Shown: positions 11,275 through 21,315, numbered from the stretch's first letter. The stretch: DNA of 64,000 bases from Bacillota bacterium (GCA_012728375.1 JAAYFF010000003.1:5427-69426); one strand, 5' to 3'. Made by a program: numbers and translations. The notes: generated by a model not told the origin, from the letters alone.

Positions 11275-11739
11275 ATGAATAAATACATGAAAGCCGCGTA
11301 TGACGAGGCGTTGAAAAGTATTGAAACAGGTGAAGGCGGCCCCTTTGGTGCTGTTATTGTCAAAAACGGCGAAATTATAGCAGCTGCACATAATCAGGTG
11401 CTTGCCGCCTGCGACCCGACAATGCATGCCGAAATCGCCGCTATTCGCTTAGCAACCCGGAAACTTGGCCGGTTCAGGCTTAATGATTGTTCCATCTACA
11501 CAACGTGTGAACCGTGTCCCATGTGTTTGGGGGCTATTATCTGGGCGAAAATACCCGAAGTATATTTTGGTGCCAACCGGAAAGACGCTGAGAATGCCGG
11601 CTTTGACGACAACTACATATATGAATATATAAAGGGCACTGCTCCTGAAAAAAAGATTACTGTCAGAGGTTTAGACCGCGAAGAATGCCTGGAGCTGTTT
11701 GATAGATGGCTAAAGAAAAAAAATAAAATAATATACTAA
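11275..11739 (+). CDS. guaD: Guanine deaminase / nucleoside deaminase (CDA fold)
   Basis: GGPFGAVIV, HAE, TCEPCPMC zinc motif; ATG 11275 after AAAGGAG. Confidence 0.82.
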   Translation: MNKYMKAAYDEALKSIETGEGGPFGAVIVKNGEIIAAAHNQVLAACDPTMHAEIAAIRLATRKLGRFRLNDCSIYTTCEPCPMCLGAIIWAKIPEVYFGANRKDAENAGFDDNYIYEYIKGTAPEKKITVRGLDREECLELFDRWLKKKNKIIY

Positions 11740-11758
11740 CCTTTCACCGGGTAAACCT

Positions 11759-13633
11759 TTATTTTTTCAGTAAACTGCCTCTAAGAGGCTTTTTTTTGGC
11801 CGTGGTGACAATTTCTACCCGGAACCCTTTGCGGGTTTGACGTACCGTTGCTGCCATGAAGCTGAAAAAAACTGCCGACCAGATGCCAAGCGTAAAGGCA
11901 AGGCCTGAAAGAATTCTTGCAGGGGGCGGCCAGAGCAGAGGCCGGCTCAGTAAATAAAGAATAAAGAAAAAGGTATCCGGAAAACCCCAGCGAAAAGTAA
12001 CAGGAGGCAGTTCCGGCAGTATCTCCAGAAGCTCTGCCGGGGGGAAGACAAATAACAGGCTAAAAGCCATCAGAGCAATAAACAGCATGTTGATCAAATA
12101 CATCAGCAGGGAGGCACCGGGTGATATCCGCTGTTGAGGGTTGTCCGGGTTGTAACGGCAATTGTTAATGGAGTAATACAGGCCGATGGCGCTTGAACCA
12201 AGGGTTATGAATACTGCTCCAACTGCCAGGCCGATAGTAATTGTATGTGAAAGGCTGACAGCCAGTGCTGTTCCTGCCAGCAATGCTTCCATCAAGATAA
12301 GGGTCGGAAGAACGGCAGCTAAAAGTTTGCCCCATACTACCGGCCAGCCGGCAAGGGGAACGCTGTTGAGGATCCATTCTGATTCCCCTTCACGGCCGAA
12401 GGATTGCAGTGCCATGTTTCCGCTGAACATTATCGTGTAGAGAACAACAACCGTTACCATAGTTGTCCGGGTTGAATCCCCGGGTATAAAGAGAAACTGC
12501 CCGATAAAGAAAATCATAATAATCAAAGGGGTTAAATATCCAAACCACTCGCGGGTGTCCCTCCTCAAATAAAGAAGATCCTTTTTGGCTACAGACCACA
12601 TCCCCGGCCATGCCGACCCTGAACTTTTGTTGGCCGCCGCGGGCTTTAAAGCTTTTTCCAGTTGCTTGGAATCCGCAGCAGTGCTTAAAGGAGGACGCTG
12701 TTTTTTCCGGCGGGATCCTCCGGTTCCTTGGGTAAGGGAAATCCAACCCTGCCGGAATCCCCGTTTAACCAATAAAAAGGCAACCGCAAAAAGTGCGGCT
12801 CCAAGTAAAACCAGCGCCAGGCTCCAGCCCAAAGCAGCTAAATTATTGCCGGAGGCGCTGCTTGCCAGGGCTAAAGACCCCCAACCCCAGGGGAAAAAGT
12901 CCATTATGCGCAGGAGCTGCTGCTGACCGGACAGCCAAGCCCCGATGCCCGGGTATCCTCCGCTGGAGATAATCATGTTCGGGACCTGGAAGAGAAGGGC
13001 AATAATGATGCCGGCCAGGCCGCCTATGACGCCGATGGCCTCCCGGCTGCGGTGGGGAGGTACAATATGCATTACCAGCAGGTTCAGCAGTTCTGCCAGG
13101 GCAGTACCCGCGGTCCACAGGCCAAGGCCGACCAGAACAACCCAAAAGAAATAAATTATTCCTGTGCCGAAAAGCAAACCATAAAACACGCCCGGCACAA
13201 TGACGAAAAAGATAGCGGTCAAAAAATTGCTGCCTGCTGCTACCAGCGATTTAACGGCAAAGACTGCCGTAATGGAAACCGGCGCCATGAACAACAACTC
13301 CAGGTCCTCGGACATATAGAGCGCGGCAAAAGCAGCGGTAATGCCAAAAAATACTAGGCCGGCCGTTCCCGCCATAAAAAGCATGGCTAAAAACCCCCGG
13401 GCTACCTCGGGCTGCATTGTCTTCAGGGCGCCAAAAGCTAAAAAACCAAGACCTACAAGCAGGGAAAGAAGGCCGATTCCAAAGGCGATGAGCACAATCC
13501 ATGTCACCCGCGGCCAGTGGCGGATCTTATTCCAGGTTATACGCATCTGCGCTGCAGACAAGAGCTTAAAATCTTCCCAAAAAGACCGTGCCTGCGGTTT
13601 TTGCGAAAGAGGAGGAGGCAGTTTTATTTTCAA
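11759..13633 (-). CDS. Putative ABC exporter permease
   Basis: Many TM helices, S.DLELL...P motif; overlaps the stop of the upstream ABC ATPase. Confidence 0.82.
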   Translation of the reverse strand: MKIKLPPPLSQKPQARSFWEDFKLLSAAQMRITWNKIRHWPRVTWIVLIAFGIGLLSLLVGLGFLAFGALKTMQPEVARGFLAMLFMAGTAGLVFFGITAAFAALYMSEDLELLFMAPVSITAVFAVKSLVAAGSNFLTAIFFVIVPGVFYGLLFGTGIIYFFWVVLVGLGLWTAGTALAELLNLLVMHIVPPHRSREAIGVIGGLAGIIIALLFQVPNMIISSGGYPGIGAWLSGQQQLLRIMDFFPWGWGSLALASSASGNNLAALGWSLALVLLGAALFAVAFLLVKRGFRQGWISLTQGTGGSRRKKQRPPLSTAADSKQLEKALKPAAANKSSGSAWPGMWSVAKKDLLYLRRDTREWFGYLTPLIIMIFFIGQFLFIPGDSTRTTMVTVVVLYTIMFSGNMALQSFGREGESEWILNSVPLAGWPVVWGKLLAAVLPTLILMEALLAGTALAVSLSHTITIGLAVGAVFITLGSSAIGLYYSINNCRYNPDNPQQRISPGASLLMYLINMLFIALMAFSLLFVFPPAELLEILPELPPVTFRWGFPDTFFFILYLLSRPLLWPPPARILSGLAFTLGIWSAVFFSFMAATVRQTRKGFRVEIVTTAKKKPLRGSLLKK

Positions 13634-14412
13634 CGGTTGTCCACCTCTTCCAGGCTGCGGATCAGCTCAATATCTTCCGGGCTACCGGTAAGCTCAAGAA
13701 AAATATCTTCCAAACTTTCCTCGCCATGCCCAACTTTTTGCCGCAATTCTTCCGGGCTGCCCTGGGCTATCAATCGTCCTTCCTTTAAAATACCCACACG
13801 ATGACACATCCGCTCAGCGATTTCCAGGATGTGTGTGGAGAGAAAAACCGCCGCGCCCTGGCGAGCCATCTCTTGAAGCACATCTTTTAACAGGCGTGCA
13901 CTGCGGGGGTCAAGACCTACAGTGGGTTCGTCCAGCAAGATCACCCAGGGCTGATGGATCAGCGCCGCTGCCAGAACTACCTTCTGCCGCATGCCGTGAG
14001 AGTAGCTTTCCAAAAGATCATCAGCCCGGCTTTCCAGCCCGAACAAGAACAACAAATATTCCGCCCGTTCCCGGGAGATATCTTTCGGCATCCGGTAGAG
14101 GTTTGACATGAAGGAAAGAAACTCCCGCGCCGTCAACTTTCCGTATACTTTTGGCTGGTCAGGCACGTAGGCCATCAGCGCCTTAGCGGAGGATGGATCT
14201 TTGCTGATATCGTAGCCGCAAATGAAGGCGCTGCCAAAGCTCGGCTCCAGCAGCCCTGTCAGCATTCTGATCGTGGTCGTCTTGCCGGATCCGTTGGGGC
14301 CAAGGAATCCGTATATTTCTCCGCTCTTTATTTCCAGATTAAGATCGTTAACTACTGTTGCCGATCCAAAACGTTTTGTTAAGCCGCTGGTCTTAATCAA
14401 AATACTTTCCAA
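13630..14412 (-). CDS. ABC transporter ATP-binding protein
   Basis: Walker A GPNGSGKTT, signature YSHGMRQK, Walker B ILLDEP, H-loop STH. Confidence 0.95.
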   Translation of the reverse strand: MESILIKTSGLTKRFGSATVVNDLNLEIKSGEIYGFLGPNGSGKTTTIRMLTGLLEPSFGSAFICGYDISKDPSSAKALMAYVPDQPKVYGKLTAREFLSFMSNLYRMPKDISRERAEYLLFLFGLESRADDLLESYSHGMRQKVVLAAALIHQPWVILLDEPTVGLDPRSARLLKDVLQEMARQGAAVFLSTHILEIAERMCHRVGILKEGRLIAQGSPEELRQKVGHGEESLEDIFLELTGSPEDIELIRSLEEVDNR

Positions 14413-15013
14413 TTTAGCCCGTCCCTCTTCCGTTTTTTTTCAGCCATCTCATATTTTTATTCATTATATCAAAAACAGCGGAGCAGAATGAATGACAATT
14501 ATTTCTTATACCGGGACATTTACTATTAAAAATTTTTATCTCTGTCGCTCAAATCTGTCTATGTTTTATTAAAAATTCTTTGTTAATTCTGTCGAAAAAT
14601 AATTAGAAAAAATAATTAGAAAGGAAGGAACTTACGAAAAAATATAGAAATATAAAAAAGAAGTTTTATAATTTATATTTACAGATATTATTAGACATTT
14701 ATTTTACTTCCCCGTGTGGCGCGTTTTTATAAAACTTATCGTCTAAGCGAGGTACTCATCTTGCAAAAACACAGCGGGAAAATTATTTTAATAGTGCATT
14801 CTATTTTAAAGGGACACATTTGTGTCCCTTTAACTTGTATGAGTACTACAACTCCTTAATTTTGAGGATTAATCTTTAACCGAAAGCGAGGTCTTTAAAA
14901 TTTTTGTAATAGCGAGGTTTAAAAAAGAGCTACAGCCGGACGGTTGTTAAATGAGCTGTCTGGAGTATATTTGCCTCTTCTTGTTGTTTAAAAAATGTCA
15001 GGAGGTATAAAAA

Positions 15014-16132
15014 ATGTTCATTAATACCAGCGACACGGACAAGCTAATACAATCAATTTTAAATATGGATTTAGAAGATGATCAAATTCTTTTTATTATG
15101 CTTGGGGAAAAAAGCAGTATTGATATCCAAAGACTGATTAAAGCACTAAATGAATCCCAAAAAGATTTCATGGGAGGAATATTTCCCGGAATTATCTACG
15201 ATGAGCAAAAGTATGAAGAAGGTGCCATCATAACCAGACTTCCTTCTCTGGAAAGACCTTTAGTAATAACGGGGCTTGATACCGGAAATATCCAGCTGCC
15301 CGATTTGAAAAAAATAATTGCTAAATTTGATCAAAAATATGCAGCCATGATTCTGGTCGACGGTTTCAGCAGGAACATTTCCGGCTTCTTAAGCCTGTTG
15401 TTTAACAACCTCGCCGGTTCAGTTAATTATTTTGGCGGTGGTGCCGGTTCTTTATCTTTTAAACAGCAACCCTGTATCTTTACTTCAGAGGGGCTCTTTC
15501 AAGATGCTGCCATAATATCTTTTGTTAAGCTCAAGTGCCGGTTGGGAGTCCGTCATGGGTGGAAGAGAATCATAGGCCCCGTCGTGGCTACGAAAACTGA
15601 CAAAAATATAATTATTGAGCTTAACTGGAAAAAAGCTTTTGATGTTTATAAGGAAATTGTGGAAAGGGATTCAGGCAAAAAAATTACAAAGGATAATTTT
15701 TTTAATATCTCCAAAGGATATCCCTTTGGCATGCTCAAGGAATATGCCGAAACGGTTGCCCGCACCCCCGTTGCTGTAAATGATGCCGGGGCATTGATTT
15801 GTATTGGAGAGGTTCCTGAAAATTCCGTTTTAGATATTTTGAAAGGAGAAGTTGCTTCACTTGTAAACGCAGCGGGACAGGCTGCCGATGATTGCAAAAT
15901 ATACGAAGGGAAAAAGGTTACCCATGGTTTTGTAGTAGATTGCATTTCACGGGTTCTTTTTCTAGAAGATAATTTTTCCCTTGAATTACAGGCTGTTAAA
16001 ACAAAATTTCAGAGCATTGAACCACGTCTTGTGCCAATAGGGATGCTTTCCCTTGGAGAAATTTCATCTTGCGGTAATGGTTTTTTAGACTTTTTGAATA
16101 AAACAATTGTGGCTGGGATTCTGTATGAATAA
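15014..16132 (+). CDS. FIST N/C-domain signal transduction protein
   Basis: GGIFPG, ILVDG, GGGAG, HGW, YPFG, DCISR, SLGEI motifs of the FIST family. Confidence 0.88.
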   Translation: MFINTSDTDKLIQSILNMDLEDDQILFIMLGEKSSIDIQRLIKALNESQKDFMGGIFPGIIYDEQKYEEGAIITRLPSLERPLVITGLDTGNIQLPDLKKIIAKFDQKYAAMILVDGFSRNISGFLSLLFNNLAGSVNYFGGGAGSLSFKQQPCIFTSEGLFQDAAIISFVKLKCRLGVRHGWKRIIGPVVATKTDKNIIIELNWKKAFDVYKEIVERDSGKKITKDNFFNISKGYPFGMLKEYAETVARTPVAVNDAGALICIGEVPENSVLDILKGEVASLVNAAGQAADDCKIYEGKKVTHGFVVDCISRVLFLEDNFSLELQAVKTKFQSIEPRLVPIGMLSLGEISSCGNGFLDFLNKTIVAGILYE

Positions 16133-18461
16133 TAGCGCTAATTATTTTAGAGAAGTAATTCAGGAAATGTCCTTGCTTTTTGAAATGGCACTGGCAACCG
16201 GTCAATCAATGGATTTAAGGGAAAGCTGCGACCTATTTTTAAAACGCTTAATGGACCGCAAAGATCTGGTTTACAGCGCTGTTTGGATTAAGGACGCTTA
16301 TTTAACGGGAAAAGCTAATCAACGGACTGCTACTCTTGTCTATGCCTTTCCGGAATATTTGGCTGAAACAAAAAAACTTTCCCTAGACCATCCGCTCTTT
16401 AGCAGCATAAGTGAAAAAGAATATCTTGCCGTTCCGGCTTATAAAGAAGAATTTTGGGGACTGGTCAATGAAAAGGGAATTACCAACGGCACTTTTGTAC
16501 TGTTTTCACTGGATGAAATAGGCGTTCTCAAGCTGTTTTCCGCGAGAGACAATTGTTTTAGCAATTACGAGCTTAATCAGCTTAGAAAAGTGATTTCCAA
16601 GTTTGCCTATTCTTTAAAAGGATGTCTGTCTTATAAGCAGTTGTTGACAGAAATTGCGGAACGAAAAAAAACAGAAGAAGCCCTTAAACAATCAAAGCAG
16701 CAAATAGCTGATATTGTCAACTTCCTGCCGGTTGCCTCATTTGCTATTAACTTGGAAGGCAAGGTCATTGCCTGGAACCACACTTTAGAAGTAATGACAG
16801 ACGTTAAGGCAAAAGACATGCTTGGTAAAGGAAATTACGAATACGCTTTACCTTTTTTTAAAAAGAGGAGGCCGCTTTTAATCGATTTAGTTTTAAAACC
16901 GGAACTTAAAGATTTGATTAAAGAAGATTTTCTTTTCTTTCAAAGGTTTAATAATAATTCGATGGTCGCGGAAATTTTTCTTCCGGATCTAAAAGGTAAA
17001 CAAACTTACCTTCGGGCCAGAACTGCCCCGTTATTTGATCCCAGGGGCAGAATTATCGGAGCTATTGAATCCCTTCGCGATATTACAGAGAGTAAGAAAT
17101 TAGAAAAAAAACTTGAAAACGCCCGCATTGAACTGGAAGAGAAGGTCAAAAAGCGGACCTTTGAACTGTATGAAGTTAATAAGGCCCTTAGATCTGAAAT
17201 TGCCGAGCGGAAAAATGCCGAAGCAGCATTGGCCGAAGAAAAAGAACTCCTAACTGTAACCCTTCATAGTATTGCTGATGGTGTCATAACTACTGATACG
17301 CTGGGAAACATTTCCTCTATTAACCGGATGGGTGAAAAAATTATCGGCTGGAAGCAGGATGAAGTAAAGGATAAGCCCTTTGCAAGCGTTTTTCAAATCT
17401 TAACCGATGAAAGAATGTTAAAAATTTGCGATAATCCCCTTGAAAGAGTGTTGAATCAAAATGAAATGACTGATCCCATCAGGCTTCTTACAAAAAATAA
17501 CATTAGGAAAATTATTTCAGCCAATGCAGCTCCCATAAGAGATAAAAAACATAATACGGTTGGTTATGTAATCATTTTCAGGGATATTACGGAGCAAAAA
17601 AAGGTTGAAGCCCAGCTGGCTTTGTCTCAAAAACTGAAATCCATTGGTGAATTGGCAGCGGGGATTGCCCATGAAATAAATACACTCATGCAGTACATAG
17701 GTGATAATATCACATTCTTGCAAAGGGCAATTAAAGATATTGTTTATGATTTAATGGTGGACTATAAACAGCTGACAAATAAACCGGAAGATGACAAGAT
17801 TTTTGAGTCTTTGGTTAGAAAAATATTAAAAAAGGAAGAAAAATTGGGTGTAGCATATCTTCTGGAGGAAATTCCTAAGGCATTTGAGGAAACGCTTGAG
17901 GGAATTGAAAAAATAAAAAAAATAGTTTATGCCATGAAAGATTTTGCACATCCGGGGAAAAAGGAAATGAAACCGGCAGATATTAATAAAGCTGTTGAGG
18001 TAACAGCAACCATTTCCAGAAATGAATGGAAGTATGTCGCGGAACTGGAAACTGATCTTCAGCCGGGGCTGCCTTTAGTTTACTGTGTTATTGATGAGAT
18101 TAACCAGGTGTTGCTTAATATGATTGTTAATGCAGCGCAGGCCATTAAGGAAGCCCATATTACGAATCCTTTAATTAAAGGCAAGATCGCGGTAACAACA
18201 AAAGTGGATGGGGATAATGTAAGTATCTCTATAAGCGACAACGGGATTGGTATTCCAAAAAAAATAATGGACAAAATATTTGAACCCTTTTTCACGACAA
18301 AGGAAGTTGGCAAAGGCACAGGGCAGGGGCTTGCCATTGCCTATAATATTATTGTAAACAAACACAAAGGCACAATTGAAGTTGATTCAGAGGAGGGAAA
18401 AGGAACGGTGTTTACCATTCGTCTGCCGATAAATCCCGCATTACGAGGTAATAAAAGATGA
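16125..18461 (+). CDS. PAS-domain sensor histidine kinase
   Basis: Two PAS/PAC regions, H-box LAAGIAHEINT, N-box NMIVNA, DNGIG, FEPFFTTK, GTGQGL; overlaps the FIST stop. Confidence 0.93.
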   Translation: MNNSANYFREVIQEMSLLFEMALATGQSMDLRESCDLFLKRLMDRKDLVYSAVWIKDAYLTGKANQRTATLVYAFPEYLAETKKLSLDHPLFSSISEKEYLAVPAYKEEFWGLVNEKGITNGTFVLFSLDEIGVLKLFSARDNCFSNYELNQLRKVISKFAYSLKGCLSYKQLLTEIAERKKTEEALKQSKQQIADIVNFLPVASFAINLEGKVIAWNHTLEVMTDVKAKDMLGKGNYEYALPFFKKRRPLLIDLVLKPELKDLIKEDFLFFQRFNNNSMVAEIFLPDLKGKQTYLRARTAPLFDPRGRIIGAIESLRDITESKKLEKKLENARIELEEKVKKRTFELYEVNKALRSEIAERKNAEAALAEEKELLTVTLHSIADGVITTDTLGNISSINRMGEKIIGWKQDEVKDKPFASVFQILTDERMLKICDNPLERVLNQNEMTDPIRLLTKNNIRKIISANAAPIRDKKHNTVGYVIIFRDITEQKKVEAQLALSQKLKSIGELAAGIAHEINTLMQYIGDNITFLQRAIKDIVYDLMVDYKQLTNKPEDDKIFESLVRKILKKEEKLGVAYLLEEIPKAFEETLEGIEKIKKIVYAMKDFAHPGKKEMKPADINKAVEVTATISRNEWKYVAELETDLQPGLPLVYCVIDEINQVLLNMIVNAAQAIKEAHITNPLIKGKIAVTTKVDGDNVSISISDNGIGIPKKIMDKIFEPFFTTKEVGKGTGQGLAIAYNIIVNKHKGTIEVDSEEGKGTVFTIRLPINPALRGNKR

Positions 18462-18593
18462 AAAAAGCAATCAGCATACTACTTGGCGCTCAGTAGATTC
18501 AAAATATTATAAAAAAGCAATGAATAGTCAGTTTTCCGGAAATAAGGTTTAAGGAGAAAAGTTCTTAAAAGAAACAAAAGAGGGATTAATAAC

Positions 18594-19679
18594 ATGGCTG
18601 AGAAAATACTTCTGGTAGATGATGATAAAAACATCCTTGCTGCTTATCAAAGATATTTAAGCGATAAATTTACCGTGGTTACTGCCGAAAGCGGTGAAGA
18701 GGGAATTACTACTATGAAAAAACAGGAACCGTTTGCTGTTGTAGTGTCTGATCACCGTATGCCGGGAATGGACGGCATCCAGTTTTTGTCATTAGCTCGC
18801 CAAATAGCTCCCTACACCGTGCGTATTATGCTTACCGGGTACGCTGATACGGATAGAGTTATCAGTGCAATTAATGAGGGAAATGTATTTCATTTTCTTA
18901 CAAAACCTTGTTCCAGCCATGTTTTAGTGGAAGCCTTGAGAAAAGCGGTAGAACAGTATAGATTAGCAATAACTGAGCGTCAAATGTCAAATGAAGCTTT
19001 AAAACGTGTACAATTTGAAAAATCTATGAAAAAAATGGCGGAAGAAAAGCTTGCTAAGATGACAAACAAGTTAAGAAGTACGATAGAAAGCACTATTCAA
19101 TCAATGGCCGTAGTTATTGAAAAAAGAGACCCCTATACTGCCAATCATCAACGCCGGGTGGCAAAACTTGCAGTTGCTTTAGCTAAGGGGATGGGGCTTG
19201 AAGAAGAACAAATTAAAGGTCTTCAGATGGCTGCAACAATTCATGATATTGGCAAGATTTGTGTGCCGGCAGAAATATTGAATAAGCCCGGCATTTTAAG
19301 CGATCTGGAATTTGCAATGATAAGAAGCCATCCGGAAATAGGCTATGAGATCTTGAAAATGATAGATTTTCCATGGCCGATCGAACAAATTATAGTTCAG
19401 CACCATGAAAGGCTAGACGGTTCCGGTTATCCCAGAGGTCTTCTAGGTGAGGAAATCCTCTTACCTGCAAGAATTTTAACTGTAGCCGATGTTGTAGAGG
19501 CTATGACATCGCATCGTCCTTATAGGCAGGCTCTTGGTTTAGACAATGCATTGAAAGAAATTTCTCAGAATGCAGGAATTCTTTATGATGAAAAAGTTGT
19601 TGATGTCTGTTTAAAATTTTTTGGAAAAAAAACTTCCATTTACAAATTACAACATCCACACATACGGTATAATCCATAG
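18594..19679 (+). CDS. Response regulator with HD-GYP phosphodiesterase domain
   Basis: REC (LLVDDD, SDHRMPGMDG, LTKP) plus HDIGK and HHERLDGSGYP. Confidence 0.93.
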   Translation: MAEKILLVDDDKNILAAYQRYLSDKFTVVTAESGEEGITTMKKQEPFAVVVSDHRMPGMDGIQFLSLARQIAPYTVRIMLTGYADTDRVISAINEGNVFHFLTKPCSSHVLVEALRKAVEQYRLAITERQMSNEALKRVQFEKSMKKMAEEKLAKMTNKLRSTIESTIQSMAVVIEKRDPYTANHQRRVAKLAVALAKGMGLEEEQIKGLQMAATIHDIGKICVPAEILNKPGILSDLEFAMIRSHPEIGYEILKMIDFPWPIEQIIVQHHERLDGSGYPRGLLGEEILLPARILTVADVVEAMTSHRPYRQALGLDNALKEISQNAGILYDEKVVDVCLKFFGKKTSIYKLQHPHIRYNP

Positions 19680-19865
19680 AAGCAGATGCAGAAAATTAAT
19701 TCCATGCGGTTTATCTTTACATCCCCCAATATTATGGGGAAATTATAAGGACTTCAGCAATATGATAGACCAAGCTCCCGTATTAATTTGTGTGTCAAAA
19801 ATCTGCCCATTTTTTTATGGCAGGTTTTCATTTTTAAAGGGGTATTAAAAAGCACGAAGTAAATT

Positions 19866-19896
19866 CCCGTCTGCCAATTCCAGCACACCGGCATAT
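19866..19896 (-). repeat. 31-bp direct repeat: copy of the tRNA-Leu 5' end
   Basis: CCCGTCTGCCAATTCCAGCACACCGGCATAT identical at 19866-19896 and 20047-20077. Confidence 0.93.
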
Positions 19897-19986
19897 TATA
19901 GCTGAAATTGGTATTGGTTTTTTAAATAAAAAAACCGAACCATTCATCAACATAAATTACTGTCGTAATTGGTTCGGATTTTTGGT

Positions 19987-20073
19987 TGGTGCCGGTGGTG
20001 GGATTTGAACCCACACGTCCTTGCGGACAACGGATTTTGAGTCCGCCCCGTCTGCCAATTCCAGCACACCGGC
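19987..20073 (-). tRNA. tRNA-Leu (anticodon CAA)
   Basis: GCCGGTG acceptor stem, D-loop TGGAATTGGCAG, anticodon loop CTCAAAA, long variable arm, GGTTCAAATCC T-loop, encoded CCA; upstream TTGACA/TAGTAT promoter-like boxes. Confidence 0.96.
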
Positions 20074-20295
20074 ATATCCTTAGCTTAAATAATACTAACA
20101 AAAAAGAGGGTTGGTGTCAATAAGTCCGGCCTTAATTTTCTGGGAAGCCACTATCTATAAAATAATGACTAACAAATATACGCTTTAGATAAAGACATTC
20201 TTTTAGGTTTATGTTATAATATAAAAAAAGTTATATTAATTAATATCTAGTTTTATTATTCTTCGATTATTTTCTTGAAGGAATTGGTGGGGTTT

Positions 20296-20748
20296 ATGAT
20301 GAAATATTTAATTACGAAAAAAATTAAAAAGTTTAGTAAGGAGTTAAAAAATAAGCGGCTGGAGATTATTATTCCAGAGAATCAAATGATAGAACTGGCT
20401 TATAAAACGCCTGTCGGAGAAAATAAAAAAGAACAGATTGTGGGAGCGTACATTTATCTAAAAATAGGCGATACCGTCTATCCTTCCATTGTGGAATTTT
20501 CGGGTGATGAAGTGGAAATTGTCGGTGGTACAATTGAAAAAGAAAAGCTGATTGCAACAGCTGTGAATAAAGGCAAAATGTTTTTTTTAAATAGCAGTAT
20601 TTGTACGTGTACAGAATTTGTTCGAGCTCTTTTGGGCAGACCAAATGACCATCTTACAATTTTAAATGATAATGAAAAATATATACGGGTAGTTTCCGGA
20701 TATAAAAATTCCCTTTCAGAAAAACAGATAATGACTATAATTTTCTAG
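20296..20748 (+). CDS. Hypothetical protein (AT-rich)
   Basis: Open frame of about 150 aa, followed by a terminator-like hairpin; no recognisable motif. Confidence 0.6.
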   Translation: MMKYLITKKIKKFSKELKNKRLEIIIPENQMIELAYKTPVGENKKEQIVGAYIYLKIGDTVYPSIVEFSGDEVEIVGGTIEKEKLIATAVNKGKMFFLNSSICTCTEFVRALLGRPNDHLTILNDNEKYIRVVSGYKNSLSEKQIMTIIF

Positions 20749-21117
20749 CATCTCAGGACCTGTTCTGCATTAATAAAGAGATTAAAAGGGATGACACCCT
20801 TTTTAATCTCTTTTTTATTAACCTTTTCTTCCCTTTTGAATATATTAAATTAAATAGGAACTGAGCGGGGTGCTTATCTTGAGGAGGAGGCGTTGGGGAT
20901 CTTTTCTAAAAAAAAGCAGCGGTGTTGTGATAGCTGTTATTGGAATAACTTTATTTGTAAAAACATTGCCGGTTTTTTTCTGGACAATGCTGGCGGGATT
21001 GCTTTTAATCTGGCTGGGTTGGCAAATGTACATAGGGAGTGAATTTTAACCTTTAAGAAGCAAAGGTATAATTATTTATAATTATTTATTTATAATTATT
21101 AAGGAGGGGCTGTGGAG

Positions 21118-21189
21118 ATGAAATTTTATATAATTAAGCTGCCTAAAGCTCTTAGATTTTTAATAAAGGGACTCCTGGGAATTAAATAA
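21118..21189 (+). CDS. spoVM: Stage V sporulation protein M
   Basis: MKFYIIKLPKALRFLIKGLLGIK (23 aa) matches the SpoVM amphipathic peptide; next to rpmB as in Bacillus; too short for the ORF track. Confidence 0.88.
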   Translation: MKFYIIKLPKALRFLIKGLLGIK

Positions 21190-21226
21190 TAAGATGAAAA
21201 ATTGTGCGATTGCCCATCGCCTAAGC

Positions 21227-21258
21227 AAAAAGCGCAATATACATAATACTGCGCTTTT
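21227..21258. terminator. Bidirectional intrinsic terminator between spoVM and rpmB
   Basis: AAAAGCGCA...TGCGCTTTT hairpin between convergent genes. Confidence 0.6.
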
Positions 21259-21315
21259 ATTTTATACATAGTAAAGATAATGGCGTAAAAGAAAGCTTTT
21301 AAAGCTTGCCCCTGT

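Noticed and set aside
14860-14960. c-di-GMP riboswitch upstream of the HD-GYP operon
   Set aside because: Lacks the GGCAAAC/GACGCAAA/GGUCUAA consensus elements.
14420-20077. Classical tRNA-integrated island with attL/attR
   Set aside because: The repeats are only 181 bp apart and involve the tRNA 5' end; I found no matching repeat at the far end and no integrase.
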